The notes under the pieces: model-generated
Database searches by the model: none
Seen by the model: the letters and a program-made list of their open reading frames with translations, nothing else
Told to the model about the DNA's origin: nothing
In this document: piece after piece, positions 40,484 through 52,106 of the stretch
Layout: each line of letters begins with the position of its first letter
Numbering within the stretch: the stretch's first letter is position 1
From: Flavobacteriaceae bacterium
GTDB lineage: Bacteria > Bacteroidota > Bacteroidia > Flavobacteriales > Flavobacteriaceae
Length of the DNA: 64,000 nt
Assembly: GCA_029248185.1 (NCBI GenBank)
Contig: JAQWJV010000046.1
Span: 34,912 to 98,911, forward strand
Reading direction: 5' to 3'
Program-made: the position numbers and the translations under genes

Positions 40484-42464
40484 TAATTCCGATCATAACA
40501 AACCTCTCATGCCTCGGTTTTACCTGTTGGTAATTTCCTTGTCACTGTTTGCTTTTGTTTTAATTGGAAAATTGATTTTCATCCAGTTTTATCAAAATAA
40601 CGAAGGAGTAAGTTTCAGTTCCGACTCCATCATAAAAAATGTTGTTTTGGAACCTAGCAGAGGAAATATATACGCTTCGGATGGGAATATTTTGGCAACC
40701 TCCATATCGCGATATGAATTGCATTGGGATGCAATGGTTCCCTCACAATCGAGCTTTGAAAAGAATAAAGCGGCATTGGCAGACTCATTGGCTTTGATGA
40801 CGGGCACTTCTCCAAAGGAAACATTGAACCTTCTTAACAACGTTAGAAGGCAAAAAAACAGGTATTGGTTGGTTGCTAAAAACATTTCGTATTCCGAGTA
40901 TATGCGATACAAAAGTTTTCCAATTTTTAATAAAAGTGCCTATAGAGGAGGCTTGATTGTAGAGCAACAAATTGTTAGAGAAAATCCTTTGGGTAAAATT
41001 GCCGAACGAACCATAGGTTATGAATTAAAAGACAAGGACGGAACTTTTTTTAGAGTGGGCTTAGAGGGAGCCTTTTCACAATATTTACGAGGAAATACCG
41101 GATTGCGATTAAAGCAGAAAATTGCAAATGGGCAATGGAAACCGATTAGTGATTCGAATGAAAAAGAGCCTACTGAGGGTTATGATTTGCATACCACCAT
41201 TGATGTAAATATTCAAGACATTGCACATAATGCTTTGCTTGGTCAGCTTGAGAAATTTGAGGCAGAACACGGAACCGTAGTAGTCATGGAAGTGAAAACG
41301 GGAGCAATAAAAGCCATTGCGAATTTGGGAAGGACCGATAATGGAAAGTATTTTGAAAAACTGAATTATGCGGTCGGAGAAGCCCATGAGCCGGGTTCAA
41401 CTTTTAAGCTTATGGGAATGATTGCTGCGCTTGAAGACAAAGTTGTAGATGTTGATACTGAAATTGATACAGGTAATGGTGAAATGCTTTTTTATGGAAA
41501 GTATAAGGTTAAGGACTCTAAGCGGGGGGGGTATGGAACGCTTTCAGCAGCAAAGGCTTTTGAGGTTTCTTCTAATGTGGGCTTAGTTAAAATAGTGTAT
41601 GATAATTATAAGAATAACCCAAAGCAGTTTGTAGATCGATTGTATAATATGGGAATCAACAAGCCTTTGGGTCTTCCTATAAGAGGCGAAGGGTTGCCTA
41701 AAATTCCATATCCATCTGATCCTGACTGGGATGGTTTGGATTTGCCTTGGATGGCCTATGGTTATGGCGTTGCAATAACCCCATTGCAAACTTTGGCTTT
41801 TTACAACGCGATTGCAAATGATGGGGAAATGGTTAAGCCGAAGTTTTTAGAGGAAATCAGCAATTTTGGAAATGTTCCGACCAAGGTTTTTTCAAAGCAA
41901 ATATTGAATCCTTCTATCTGTTCTGTTGAGACTTTAGAGAAGGTTCAAGGGATGATGTTTAATGTTGTTGATAAGAAATGGGGGACGGGGTATTCAATAA
42001 AAGATCCACTGTTGAGTATGGCGGGAAAAACAGGAACTTGTCAAGTAGATTACACTTCAGAAAATGTTCAATATATCGCAAGTTTTGTAGGCTATTTCCC
42101 AGCAGAAGAACCTAAATACTCGTGTATTGTTGTAATTCATCGACCTGATAAAACAAAAGGCTATTATGGAGCAACCGTTGCAGCACCAGTTTTCAAGACC
42201 GTTGCAAAGAAAATATATAATGATATTCCACATCAAGTGAGTGTCAAGCGCTCTGACCTTATTGCTTTGTCTGAGACAACACAAAGATCAATTTTTAAGA
42301 CCGTACCTGATGTAGCCGGTATGTCACAAGAAGCAGCGAAAATCAAGTTAGAGGGAATGGGTTTTACAGTTGTTTTGAAAGGGCAAGGAAAAGTTATAAA
42401 TCAATCCATCAAGCCGGGAGCAAAGATTCAAACCAATCAAAAAATAATTTTAGAGCTTTCATGA
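40476..42464 (+). CDS. ftsI: penicillin-binding protein (FtsI/PBP3-type transpeptidase) with C-terminal PASTA domain
   Basis: SxxK STFK, SxN SSN and KTG KTGT motifs. PASTA-like tail PDVAGMSQEAAKIKLEGMGF. Confidence 0.9.
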   Translation: MISNSDHNKPLMPRFYLLVISLSLFAFVLIGKLIFIQFYQNNEGVSFSSDSIIKNVVLEPSRGNIYASDGNILATSISRYELHWDAMVPSQSSFEKNKAALADSLALMTGTSPKETLNLLNNVRRQKNRYWLVAKNISYSEYMRYKSFPIFNKSAYRGGLIVEQQIVRENPLGKIAERTIGYELKDKDGTFFRVGLEGAFSQYLRGNTGLRLKQKIANGQWKPISDSNEKEPTEGYDLHTTIDVNIQDIAHNALLGQLEKFEAEHGTVVVMEVKTGAIKAIANLGRTDNGKYFEKLNYAVGEAHEPGSTFKLMGMIAALEDKVVDVDTEIDTGNGEMLFYGKYKVKDSKRGGYGTLSAAKAFEVSSNVGLVKIVYDNYKNNPKQFVDRLYNMGINKPLGLPIRGEGLPKIPYPSDPDWDGLDLPWMAYGYGVAITPLQTLAFYNAIANDGEMVKPKFLEEISNFGNVPTKVFSKQILNPSICSVETLEKVQGMMFNVVDKKWGTGYSIKDPLLSMAGKTGTCQVDYTSENVQYIASFVGYFPAEEPKYSCIVVIHRPDKTKGYYGATVAAPVFKTVAKKIYNDIPHQVSVKRSDLIALSETTQRSIFKTVPDVAGMSQEAAKIKLEGMGFTVVLKGQGKVINQSIKPGAKIQTNQKIILELS

Positions 42465-43921
42465 AATCACTTCAAGAGATATTATATGGGGTTTCAATGG
42501 AAGCAATAGTGGGTTCAACTAGGATTTCTGTAAGTGGGGTTACTTTCGACAGTAGAACGGTAAAAAGTGATTTTGTTTATGTAGCCCAAAAAGGCGTGAT
42601 TTCAGATGGGCATGACTTTATCACGCAAGCCATTTCAAAAGGAGCTAAAGCTGTAATCTGTGAGAGGATACCACAGGAGTGTGAACAGGGAATCGTTTAT
42701 GTTAAAGTTGAAAACCCTTCAAAAACACTTGGACTTATTGCATCAAATTTTTATGACAATCCCTCCAATAAATTGACTTTAATCGGTATTACTGGAACCA
42801 ATGGAAAAACGACTATCGCTAGTTTACTCCATGCTCTATTTACTTTTGAAGGTTATGATTGTGGTTTGCTCTCTACAGTGAAAATTGTTTATGGTTCCAA
42901 GCAGTTTGAAAATTTACATACGACTCCTGATGCTGTTTCAATTAATAAGCATTTAGTGGCAATGGTTCAGTCAGGTGTTACTCATTGTTTTATGGAAGTT
43001 TCATCGCATGGTATTGCCCAAAATAGAATTGAAGGCTTAAATTTTTCAGGGGGAGTTTTTTCAAATTTGACTCACGATCATCTGGATTATCACGGAGATT
43101 TTAAGAGCTACCGCGACATAAAAAAGCGATTTTTTGATCAATTACCAAAGACTGCTTTTGCATTAACCAATCTGGATGATAAGAATGGAACTTTTATGCT
43201 ACAGAATACAGAAGCTAAAAAACATTCATATGCAACACAACAACAGGCAGATTTTAAAGGACAGATTTTAGAATGTCAATTTTCAGGGATGTTGCTCAAA
43301 ATTCAAATGCAAGAAGTATGGACTAGTTTAATTGGCTCATTTAATGTTCAAAATATATTGGCAGTTTATGCTGTGGCAAGCCTATTGGAACTTCCCAACT
43401 TATCCATTTTAAAGAGAATTAGTGAATTGAAGAGTGTGGACGGAAGATTCCAGACGCTTCAGGCTCCAAATAATATCACGGTGGTCATTGATTATGCCCA
43501 TACACCGGATGCTTTGGAAAATGTATTACAAACGATAGAAACAATTAGAACACGTAACGAAACATTAATAACCGTTATCGGTTGTGGTGGAAATCGAGAT
43601 CAAGAGAAACGCCCCTTGATGGCCGATGCTGCTGTGAGGTATAGTGATAAAGTGATATTCACTTCGGATAATCCAAGAGATGAGGACCCTGGTCGGATCA
43701 TTTCAGAAATGATGAAAGGAGTTCCTGCTGAACACTATAAAAAGGCCTTAAAAGTAACCCTTCGTGAAGAAGCTATTGCAATGGCGGGACAGTTGGTTCA
43801 ACGAGGGGATATCGTGCTTATTGCAGGAAAAGGACACGAAACCTATCAAGAAATTAAGGGTAAGCGATTTCCGTTTAGTGATTTGGAAATGGCAAAACAG
43901 ATTTTTTTAAACACCGATTAA
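42461..43921 (+). CDS. murE: UDP-MurNAc-L-Ala-D-Glu:meso-diaminopimelate ligase
   Basis: P-loop [10 protein letters not shown]. The DNPR motif (SDNPRDEDP) indicates meso-DAP specificity. Confidence 0.95.
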   Translation: MKSLQEILYGVSMEAIVGSTRISVSGVTFDSRTVKSDFVYVAQKGVISDGHDFITQAISKGAKAVICERIPQECEQGIVYVKVENPSKTLGLIASNFYDNPSNKLTLIGITGTNGKTTIASLLHALFTFEGYDCGLLSTVKIVYGSKQFENLHTTPDAVSINKHLVAMVQSGVTHCFMEVSSHGIAQNRIEGLNFSGGVFSNLTHDHLDYHGDFKSYRDIKKRFFDQLPKTAFALTNLDDKNGTFMLQNTEAKKHSYATQQQADFKGQILECQFSGMLLKIQMQEVWTSLIGSFNVQNILAVYAVASLLELPNLSILKRISELKSVDGRFQTLQAPNNITVVIDYAHTPDALENVLQTIETIRTRNETLITVIGCGGNRDQEKRPLMADAAVRYSDKVIFTSDNPRDEDPGRIISEMMKGVPAEHYKKALKVTLREEAIAMAGQLVQRGDIVLIAGKGHETYQEIKGKRFPFSDLEMAKQIFLNTD

Positions 43922-43923
43922 CG

Positions 43924-45144
43924 ATGCTGTATTATTTGTTTGAATTATTAGAAAAATTATACCAACTCCCAGGAGCAAGTGTATTTCAGTATATCTCATT
44001 TAGAGCCGCAGCTGCGGTTATTATTTCAATGGGGTTTTCAATGGTTTTTGGCGCAAAAATAATAGGGTATTTAAAGCGTCAACAAATAGGAGAATCCATT
44101 AGAGATCTCGGCTTAGAGGGGCAAAAAGAGAAAGAAGGAACTCCAACCATGGGAGGGTTGATTATTATATTGAGCACACTAATTCCTGTACTTCTTTTGG
44201 CTCGTTTGGAGAATGTATATATTCTTCTTTTGTTGGTTACGCTCGTTTGGATGGGTTTCATTGGTTGGGTAGATGATTATATAAAGATCTTTAAAAAAAA
44301 TAAAGAGGGGTTACAAGGTAAATTCAAAATTATCGGACAAGTGCTGTTGGGTGTTTTTGTAGGAGCAACACTCTATTTCAATTCAGAGGTGACCGTAAGA
44401 ACGGATGTCGTTGCATTAAATGAAGTTGAAAATGCTATTGTTAAATCTGTAAATCAGAATATTAAAGCAACACTCACCACAATCCCTTTACTAAAAAATA
44501 ATGAGTTTGATTATCAATCATTGATTGGTTGGATGGGCGATTCTTCTGAAAGCTATACTTGGTTAGTTTTTATTCCTATTGTAATTTTTATCATAACCGC
44601 TGTTTCCAATGGTGCCAATTTAACCGATGGAATTGATGGATTGGCAGCAGGAACATCTGCTATTATTGTTTTTGCATTGGGCATTTTTGCTTGGGTTTCT
44701 GGGAATGTGAATTTTGCTTCTTATTTGAATATCATGTACATCCCCAATGTTGGGGAAATCTCCATTTTTATTGCTGCCTTTCTAGGAGCTTTGATTGGAT
44801 TCTTATGGTATAACACTTATCCTGCACAAGTTTTTATGGGGGATACAGGAAGTTTAGCCATAGGGGCGGTGATTTCTGTAATTGCGATAATTGTGAGAAA
44901 AGAATTATTGATTCCTCTATTGTGTGGCGTATTTTTTATCGAAACCCTTTCGGTTATTTTACAAGTGAGTTACTTTAAATATACCCGATCTAAAACAGGG
45001 GTAGGTCAACGTATTTTCAAAATGTCTCCCTTACATCATCACTACCAGAAACTTGGATTTCATGAAAGTAAAATTGTGGCTCGTTTTTGGATTGTAGGAA
45101 TTGTTCTAGCTGTCCTGACCATCGTAACCTTAAAACTAAGATAA
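43924..45144 (+). CDS. mraY: phospho-N-acetylmuramoyl-pentapeptide transferase
   Basis: Polytopic membrane protein with [10 protein letters not shown] and [12 protein letters not shown] motifs. Confidence 0.95.
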   Translation: MLYYLFELLEKLYQLPGASVFQYISFRAAAAVIISMGFSMVFGAKIIGYLKRQQIGESIRDLGLEGQKEKEGTPTMGGLIIILSTLIPVLLLARLENVYILLLLVTLVWMGFIGWVDDYIKIFKKNKEGLQGKFKIIGQVLLGVFVGATLYFNSEVTVRTDVVALNEVENAIVKSVNQNIKATLTTIPLLKNNEFDYQSLIGWMGDSSESYTWLVFIPIVIFIITAVSNGANLTDGIDGLAAGTSAIIVFALGIFAWVSGNVNFASYLNIMYIPNVGEISIFIAAFLGALIGFLWYNTYPAQVFMGDTGSLAIGAVISVIAIIVRKELLIPLLCGVFFIETLSVILQVSYFKYTRSKTGVGQRIFKMSPLHHHYQKLGFHESKIVARFWIVGIVLAVLTIVTLKLR

Positions 45145-46478
45145 TGCAAGAAAAGATCGTTGTTTTAGGAGCAGGAGAAAGTGGAATTGGAGCGGCATTA
45201 TTGGCAAAAAAGAAGGGTTTTGATGTTTTTCTTTCGGATAAAAATAATATTGCAGAAGAGTTGCAAGTCCTATTAAATAAAGAGTCAATCGGTTGGGAAG
45301 CTGGAATGCATTCGCTTGAGTCCATGAAAGGAGCTCGTACAGTTGTGAAAAGCCCGGGAATTCCGGATACCCTCCCCTTGATACAAGACTTAAAGAAACA
45401 AGGGAGCACCATAATTTCTGAAATTGAATTTGCCTCTCAATATACCCATGCCACTTTGATTGGAATTACGGGGACAAATGGGAAAACTACCACTACGATG
45501 CTTACCTATGAAATGTTGAAAAATGCTGGGTTGAATGTGGGTTTAGCAGGAAATATTGGAACCAGTTTTGCACGACAAGTTGCACAAGAAGAGTATGATT
45601 ATTATGTCCTAGAAATTAGCAGTTTTCAGTTAGATAATATTAGAAATTTCGCCCCTCATATTTCAGTAATTACCAATATTACGCCAGATCATCTCGATCG
45701 ATATCAATATAGTTTAGAGGAATATATTCAAGCCAAATTGAAGATTTCCCAAAATCAATCTCAAAAGGATTTTATTCTCTTCAATGTTGATGATCCAATT
45801 TTAAGTGAAGCGCTTTCTAATCATCAAAGTAAAGCGATAAAAATTCCCTATGGTTTTAAAAATCAAAATCAGGGGGTAACCCACAAAAACAATCATTTTG
45901 TATTTAAACAAAAAAATAAAGAAGTCATGATCAATACAGCTCAATTTACCTTAGCAGGAAGACACAACCTTTTGAATGCCATGGCTGCAGCAACAATTGG
46001 CAGTTTGTTGGACATTAGCAAAGAAAGTATAAGAGACAGTCTGACACATTTTAAAGGAGCTCCGCATAGAATGGAAAAAGTCTTGACCATTCAACGTGTA
46101 AACTATATCAATGATTCCAAGGCCACAAACGTGAATGCAACTTATTTTGCACTTGAGAGTATCGGTACTCCTTTGGTTTGGATTGTAGGAGGGGTCGATA
46201 AAGGGAATAATTATGATAGCCTTTTACCTTTAATTAGAACGAAAGCTAAAGCCATTATTTGTTTAGGAGTGGATAATCAGAAACTCAAAGATACTTTTGA
46301 AGGGATCACGGATATTTTTATTGAAACACAGTCGATGACGGAGGCAGTTAAAATTGCACATAAAGTCGCGGCACCCAAAGAGACAGTTTTGTTATCTCCT
46401 GCGTGCGCAAGCTTTGATTTGTTTAAAAATTATGAGGACAGAGGAGATCAATTTAAAAGTGCAGTAAGAAATTTATAA
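45144..46478 (+). CDS. murD: UDP-N-acetylmuramoylalanine--D-glutamate ligase
   Basis: Start set to the ATG in TAATG that overlaps the mraY stop ([14 protein letters not shown]...). P-loop [11 protein letters not shown]. Confidence 0.9.
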   Translation: MQEKIVVLGAGESGIGAALLAKKKGFDVFLSDKNNIAEELQVLLNKESIGWEAGMHSLESMKGARTVVKSPGIPDTLPLIQDLKKQGSTIISEIEFASQYTHATLIGITGTNGKTTTTMLTYEMLKNAGLNVGLAGNIGTSFARQVAQEEYDYYVLEISSFQLDNIRNFAPHISVITNITPDHLDRYQYSLEEYIQAKLKISQNQSQKDFILFNVDDPILSEALSNHQSKAIKIPYGFKNQNQGVTHKNNHFVFKQKNKEVMINTAQFTLAGRHNLLNAMAAATIGSLLDISKESIRDSLTHFKGAPHRMEKVLTIQRVNYINDSKATNVNATYFALESIGTPLVWIVGGVDKGNNYDSLLPLIRTKAKAIICLGVDNQKLKDTFEGITDIFIETQSMTEAVKIAHKVAAPKETVLLSPACASFDLFKNYEDRGDQFKSAVRNL

Positions 46479-46481
46479 ATT

Positions 46482-47675
46482 ATGTTTCAATCATTAAAAG
46501 GCGATAAAGTATTATGGGGGATTTTGGCACTGTTAGCCATATTTTCCTTTTTGCCTGTTTTTAGCGCAAGTTCAAACCTAGCCTATGTTGTAGGGAGAGG
46601 AACCCCTTGGGGTTATTTGGTCAAGCATTTCATGATTTTGAGTATCGGGTTTGTTTTAATGTTTTCAGTACATAAAATCCCGTACAATTATTTCAAAGGG
46701 ATTTCTATTTTAATGCTCCCGGTGGTAATGTTATTATTACTCTACACAGCCAGTCAAGGAACGGTCATTCAGGATGCCAATGCAAGTCGCTGGATTCGAA
46801 TACCGATTATTGGACTGAGTTTTCAGACCTCAACATTAGCATCGGTAGTTTGTATGGTCTATGCCGCTAGTTTCTTTTCGAAATATAAAGACCAATCGAA
46901 ATCTTTTAAAAACTCTTTGCTTCGATTGTGGCTTCCAATCTTTATTGTTGTTTTATTGATTTTCCCTTCAAATTTATCGACTGCAGCCCTTTTGTTTTTG
47001 ATGGTTTTGATAGTTTCATTCATAGCGGGTTATCCAATGAAATATTTACTAGCTATTTGTGGTACAGGTTTGGCAGCGGTTTTATTGTTTTTTCTCATGG
47101 TTAAAGCTTTTCCTGGTGTTTTTCCCAATCGTGTAGACACATGGATGAGCCGAATTGAAAACTTTAGTAGTGGAAAAAGTTCTGATGGTAATTATCAAGT
47201 AGAGCGTGCCAATACTGCGATAGTTTCAGGAAAAATATTTGGAGTGGGTGCGGGAAAGAGTAGAATGAAAAATTTTTTACCGCAAAGCTCATCAGATTTT
47301 ATTTATGCCATCATTGTAGAGGAGTTTGGTTTGATAGGAGGGATCGGTCTTATTGTTCTTTATCTATTACTGCTTTTTAGGATTGTAGTTATTGCACATA
47401 AGGCTAATGGCATGTTTGAAAAGCTTGTTGTTATCGGGTTGGGAATACCCATTATTTTTCAAGCTTTTATTAATATGGGAGTTGCTTTACAGGTTCTTCC
47501 AGTGACTGGACAAACTTTACCCATGATTAGTAGCGGTGGAACTTCAGCATGGATGACTTGTATTGCTATGGGGATCATATTGAGTGTGAGTGCTAAAGAA
47601 GAAAGTGAAGAAGAATTAGATTTTGAAAATACTAGTGAAATCAATCCAATAAGTATATTAAGTGAAACCATATAA
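46482..47675 (+). CDS. ftsW: FtsW/RodA/SpoVE-family peptidoglycan polymerase
   Basis: Polytopic SEDS protein with LPQSSSDFIYAIIVEEFGLIGG. Confidence 0.85.
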   Translation: MFQSLKGDKVLWGILALLAIFSFLPVFSASSNLAYVVGRGTPWGYLVKHFMILSIGFVLMFSVHKIPYNYFKGISILMLPVVMLLLLYTASQGTVIQDANASRWIRIPIIGLSFQTSTLASVVCMVYAASFFSKYKDQSKSFKNSLLRLWLPIFIVVLLIFPSNLSTAALLFLMVLIVSFIAGYPMKYLLAICGTGLAAVLLFFLMVKAFPGVFPNRVDTWMSRIENFSSGKSSDGNYQVERANTAIVSGKIFGVGAGKSRMKNFLPQSSSDFIYAIIVEEFGLIGGIGLIVLYLLLLFRIVVIAHKANGMFEKLVVIGLGIPIIFQAFINMGVALQVLPVTGQTLPMISSGGTSAWMTCIAMGIILSVSAKEESEEELDFENTSEINPISILSETI

Positions 47676-48747
47676 ACTTATCGTATCGGGAGGAGGTACT
47701 GGGGGGCATATTTACCCTGCCTTGGCGATTGCTGAAGCTTTTAAAGCGCAGTTTACCACGGAGGATATCTTATTTGTTGGTGCGAAAGGGAAAATGGAGA
47801 TGGAAAAAGTTCCCAAAGCTGGTTTTGAGATTAAGGGGATATGGATTAGCGGTTTTCAACGTTCACTTTCTTTTCAAAATATTTTATTTCCCTTAAAGAT
47901 TTTCGTTAGTTTAATCCAATCGTTTTTCATAATTAAAAAATTTAAGCCTACTGTAGTGGTGGGTACAGGTGGTTTTGCTAGTGGTCCTTTGTTGCAAATG
48001 GCACAGTGGCTCAATTTGCCAACACTGATTCAGGAACAAAACTCTTATCCGGGAATTACAAACCGTATTTTGAGTAAAAAGGTGGATAAAATTTGTGTAG
48101 CCTACGAGGGAATGGAGCGTTATTTTCCTCAATCTAAAATAAGATTGACCGGAAATCCCATTCGCCCCATAATGTTAAATGATAGCATTACACCTGCTAT
48201 AGGAAAATCATTTTTTGGATTAAATCCAGAGAAAAAGACTTTGGTGGTTATTGGAGGAAGTTTAGGGGCAAAACGAATTAATGAGTTGGTTGCTACCCAA
48301 ATTGAGTTCTTCAAAAGTCATTCCCTTCAGGTCATTTGGCAATGTGGGGCATTGTATTTTGAAAAGTATAAGAAATTTGCTCAAGGGGATATAGTCGTTC
48401 GACCCTTCGTGTATGAAATGGAGCAACTCTATGCGGCTTCTGATCTCATAATCTCTAGAGCTGGAGCAGGGAGTATATCGGAATTGAGTTGTGTAGGAAA
48501 ACCATTACTCTTAATTCCATCCCCCAATGTAACTGCAAATCATCAATTCCACAATGCGCAGGCTTTAGTAAAAAAAAGTGCTGCCTTGCTGTTAGAGGAG
48601 AAGGAGTTGGATTCAAAATTCCAAGAGGTTTTTGGTACTTTGATAACCAACCAATCCCTTAGTGGGGATATGCAAAGAGAATTGAAGGCATTGGCTAGAC
48701 CCAATGCGGTACAAGATATAATCGAAGAAATAATAGATTTAGTATGA
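47662..48747 (+). CDS. murG: undecaprenyldiphospho-muramoylpentapeptide beta-N-acetylglucosaminyltransferase
   Basis: N-terminal SGGGTGGHIYPALA. GTG start overlapping the end of ftsW. Confidence 0.9.
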   Translation: MKPYKLIVSGGGTGGHIYPALAIAEAFKAQFTTEDILFVGAKGKMEMEKVPKAGFEIKGIWISGFQRSLSFQNILFPLKIFVSLIQSFFIIKKFKPTVVVGTGGFASGPLLQMAQWLNLPTLIQEQNSYPGITNRILSKKVDKICVAYEGMERYFPQSKIRLTGNPIRPIMLNDSITPAIGKSFFGLNPEKKTLVVIGGSLGAKRINELVATQIEFFKSHSLQVIWQCGALYFEKYKKFAQGDIVVRPFVYEMEQLYAASDLIISRAGAGSISELSCVGKPLLLIPSPNVTANHQFHNAQALVKKSAALLLEEKELDSKFQEVFGTLITNQSLSGDMQRELKALARPNAVQDIIEEIIDLV

Positions 48748-50081
48748 AAAAACAAGGCATACAGACGTATTATTTTATTGGTATTGGAGGTGTGGGAATG
48801 TCTGCTTTAGCTCGTCTATGTAAAAGACAAGGACATGAAGTTTTTGGTTATGACAAAACGCCTTCCTCGGTAACAAAAGATTTAGAGCAAGAAGGAATAC
48901 TTATCACCTATGATGGATCTATGGAAGCGCTCCCAAAAGAGGTGTTAGGTGCTGACATTGAGGTTGTTTATACCGCTGCAATTTCAGAAGATCACCCTCA
49001 ATTAATGTACTATGCCTCCAAAGGAAATCGAATTAGAAAACGTGCAGTTTTTCTAGCGGATTCTATTCAAAATAGTAAGGTTTTGGCTGTAGCTGGGACC
49101 CATGGAAAAACAACAACATCAGCAATTTTAACACATATTTTTTCAGTAACGAAGCAATCGTTTTCTTCTTTTATGGGTGGCTTTTTGAATGGTAATGATT
49201 CCAATTTAATCGGAGAAGGAGATGAATTTATGATTGTAGAGGCCGATGAATATGATCGTTCTTTTTTAAAATTACATCCCAGTATTGGGAGTATAACTTC
49301 GATGGATGCAGATCATCTTGATATTTATGAAACTGCAGAGGCATTTGAGGCTGCCTTTGTTCAATTTTCCCAACAGATTGAGCATAATCTTATTCATGCC
49401 TATGGTCTTCCTTTAATGGGATTGACATTCGGTATTGATGTTGAGGCCGATTACAAAGCATTTAATATCCACTACAGAAATATGGGGTATAGTTTCGATT
49501 TGAATACCCCAAAAGGTCTCTTTAAAGAAATTACTTTCAATCAAATAGGCAAACATAATATCACGAATGCAGTTTGTGCTATTGCTATGGCAGATCAAGC
49601 GGGAATTCCAATGGAATCTACATTAAAGGCGTTAGAAACATTCCCGGGCGTATATAGACGAATGAATGTTTTTGAATGGAAAAACGCACTGGTGATTGAT
49701 GATTATGCGCACCATCCAACAGAAATCAGAAAAGTATTTGAAACATTGAAAGAGTGTTTTTCAGGGCAAAAAAACTGTGTGATTTTTCAGCCCCACTTAT
49801 TTTCAAGAACTCAAGATTTTCTGGATGGCTTTCTAAGAGTTTTAGCAGCCTTTGATGAGGTGATTTTATTAGACATTTATCCCGCCAGAGAGGAACCTAT
49901 TCCGGGTATTAGTTCGCGTAAAATTTTAGAACATCTAAAGCACTCCAATAAAAAGTTAATAGAAAAAAAAGAGATAAAAGAAGTAATGGAGTCTAGTGAG
50001 GCAACTGTTTTTGCATTCTTAGGAGCTGGAGATATTGGGGTAGAAGTTCAATCCTTGAAAAATCAATTCGTCATAAAATGA
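48744..50081 (+). CDS. murC: UDP-N-acetylmuramate--L-alanine ligase
   Basis: FIGIGGVGMSALA Rossmann motif and P-loop GTHGKTTT. Confidence 0.9.
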   Translation: MKKQGIQTYYFIGIGGVGMSALARLCKRQGHEVFGYDKTPSSVTKDLEQEGILITYDGSMEALPKEVLGADIEVVYTAAISEDHPQLMYYASKGNRIRKRAVFLADSIQNSKVLAVAGTHGKTTTSAILTHIFSVTKQSFSSFMGGFLNGNDSNLIGEGDEFMIVEADEYDRSFLKLHPSIGSITSMDADHLDIYETAEAFEAAFVQFSQQIEHNLIHAYGLPLMGLTFGIDVEADYKAFNIHYRNMGYSFDLNTPKGLFKEITFNQIGKHNITNAVCAIAMADQAGIPMESTLKALETFPGVYRRMNVFEWKNALVIDDYAHHPTEIRKVFETLKECFSGQKNCVIFQPHLFSRTQDFLDGFLRVLAAFDEVILLDIYPAREEPIPGISSRKILEHLKHSNKKLIEKKEIKEVMESSEATVFAFLGAGDIGVEVQSLKNQFVIK

Positions 50082-50791
50082 AGATAAACAAAGCTTATTT
50101 TTTTCTTGCTTTCATGCTGCTTGTTTTGGCTGGAGTTTCATGGTTTTCTATGCAACGTAATCAAGTTCGAGAAAAGGAAAATGTTTGGGTTGAGTTTACC
50201 CAACCCCCCCGTTTTTTAGACACGATTTCGGTTAATAAAATGTTAACACAAAACTGGAGTGCAAAGTCAGTTCAGGAGAAAGAAAGTTTAGATTTGAGTA
50301 TGCTAGAAGACCAATTAAAGCGTGTTGACGCGATTGAAAATGCTGAAGTTTTTATGCTCCTCAGTGGGGGCTTGGCGGTATCCATTACAGAACGAATACC
50401 CACATTTATCATTGAATCGAACCCTACACTTTTTGGTGATGCAAATGGAGCGGTTTTTCCTTATGTTGCTTTTGAGGATCTTGAGCTTCCTGTTTTTAAA
50501 ACCGATAATTCCTCGTCTACTCTTGTTTCGACAGCTAGCTTAATAGAAAAGCTAAAGTTGGATTCTTTTGTGAGAAAAGAGTTGGAAACACTCTACTTAG
50601 AGGGATCAACCTATAAGATGCAGTTAAAATCCTATCCCTTTGAAGTGGTTTTAGGAAGTCCCTCCTTGTTGAATGAAAAAATAGAAAAGTTAAAAGTTTT
50701 TTGTGCTTTTCAGAATGTTCAAGATAGTTTAAGTGGATATCAAAAAATTAATTTAACCTACTCAAACCAAGTAGTTGCTACAACACCTTAA
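50078..50791 (+). CDS. ftsQ: cell division protein FtsQ/DivIB-like
   Basis: N-terminal TM helix plus a POTRA-like region. The call rests mainly on its position between murC and ftsA. Confidence 0.6.
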   Translation: MKINKAYFFLAFMLLVLAGVSWFSMQRNQVREKENVWVEFTQPPRFLDTISVNKMLTQNWSAKSVQEKESLDLSMLEDQLKRVDAIENAEVFMLLSGGLAVSITERIPTFIIESNPTLFGDANGAVFPYVAFEDLELPVFKTDNSSSTLVSTASLIEKLKLDSFVRKELETLYLEGSTYKMQLKSYPFEVVLGSPSLLNEKIEKLKVFCAFQNVQDSLSGYQKINLTYSNQVVATTP

Positions 50792-50795
50792 AATT

Positions 50796-52106
50796 ATGAA
50801 ACAAACAAATATTTCAGTCGGACTCGATATCGGTACAACCAAAATTGTTGCTTTAGTTGGAAAGAAAAATGAATTTAATAAGGTTGAAATCCTGGGAATG
50901 GGTAAATCCAAAAGTCTTGGAGTTCATCGCGGGGTGGTCAATAATATTACTCAAACCATTCAGTCTATTCAGCAGGCGGTTGAGCAAGCAAGAATAGATT
51001 CAAAACAAGAAATTCATGATGTGGTGGTCGGAATTGCGGGACAACACATTAGAAGTATTCAACACAGTGATTACATCACACGCGAGAATCCTGAGGAAGT
51101 GATTGATGAAGAGGATATTCAAAAATTAATTCAACAGGTGTATAAATTAGTTATGCTTCCTGGAGAGGAAATTATTCATGTGTTACCGCAAGAGTATAAA
51201 GTGGATGGACAAGGTGAAATAAAAGAGCCTATAGGAATGCACGGGGGTCGTTTGGAAGCTAATTTTCATGTAGTGGTTGGACAAGTTTCTTCCATTAAAA
51301 ATATTGGAAGGTGTATCAAAAGTGCTGGTCTAAATATGGCTAATATCACTTTGGAGCCTTTGGCTTCTTCGGAGGCAGTTTTGAGTTATGAAGAAAAGGA
51401 AGCTGGAGTTGCCTTGATCGATATAGGAGGTGGAACTACTGATTTAGCTATTTTTAAAGATGGTATTATCCGTCACACGGCTGTTATTCCTTTTGGGGGA
51501 AATGTAATTACAGAAGATATTAAAGAAGGATGTTCTATCATTGAGAAGCAGGCAGAATTGTTGAAAACCAAATTTGGCTCAGCCTGGCCGGGTGAGAATA
51601 GAGATACTGAAATTGTCTCAATACCGGGTTTACAAGGGAGAGACCCCAAAGAAATTTCTTTGAAAACATTATCTAAAATAATTAATGCTCGTGTTGTTGA
51701 AATTATCGAACAGGTTTTCTTAGAAATTAAAAATTACGGGCACAATGAACAAAAGAAAAAATTGATTGCAGGTATAGTCCTTACCGGAGGCGGGAGTCAA
51801 TTAAAACATTTGAAACAACTTGTGGAGTATATCACTGGGATGGATACTCGTGTGGGATATCCAAGTGAGCATTTGGCTGGAGATACCCAAGAGACTGTGT
51901 CAAGTCCACTTTTTGCAACAGCAGTAGGTCTTTTGATGAATGCATTAGAGCATAACACCTATGAAGCGGAAGAAGTAGTTTTGGAAAGTGACCAGAATGA
52001 AGCCCAAGCAGAAGAGGCACCCGATCCAAAAGACGTAGCGATGAAACGAAAGTCAATTTTAGATCGTTTTGGAGAAAAATTAAAAGAGTTTTTAGATAAT
52101 GCATAA
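50796..52106 (+). CDS. ftsA: cell division protein FtsA
   Basis: Actin-fold phosphate motifs GLDIGTTKI and DIGGGTTD. Start moved to ATG 50796 (MKQTNISVGLDIG), just after the ftsQ stop. Confidence 0.9.
   Translation: MKQTNISVGLDIGTTKIVALVGKKNEFNKVEILGMGKSKSLGVHRGVVNNITQTIQSIQQAVEQARIDSKQEIHDVVVGIAGQHIRSIQHSDYITRENPEEVIDEEDIQKLIQQVYKLVMLPGEEIIHVLPQEYKVDGQGEIKEPIGMHGGRLEANFHVVVGQVSSIKNIGRCIKSAGLNMANITLEPLASSEAVLSYEEKEAGVALIDIGGGTTDLAIFKDGIIRHTAVIPFGGNVITEDIKEGCSIIEKQAELLKTKFGSAWPGENRDTEIVSIPGLQGRDPKEISLKTLSKIINARVVEIIEQVFLEIKNYGHNEQKKKLIAGIVLTGGGSQLKHLKQLVEYITGMDTRVGYPSEHLAGDTQETVSSPLFATAVGLLMNALEHNTYEAEEVVLESDQNEAQAEEAPDPKDVAMKRKSILDRFGEKLKEFLDNA

Noticed and set aside
45017-45412. 131-aa antisense ORF across the mraY/murD junction. 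Similar long antisense ORFs occur at 54155-54550, 4958-5332, 8798-9145, 30390-30740, 29754-30086, 16639-16962 and 40592-40912.
   Set aside because: Each is fully embedded opposite a strongly supported conserved gene, and none has a recognisable motif. They are treated as spurious.
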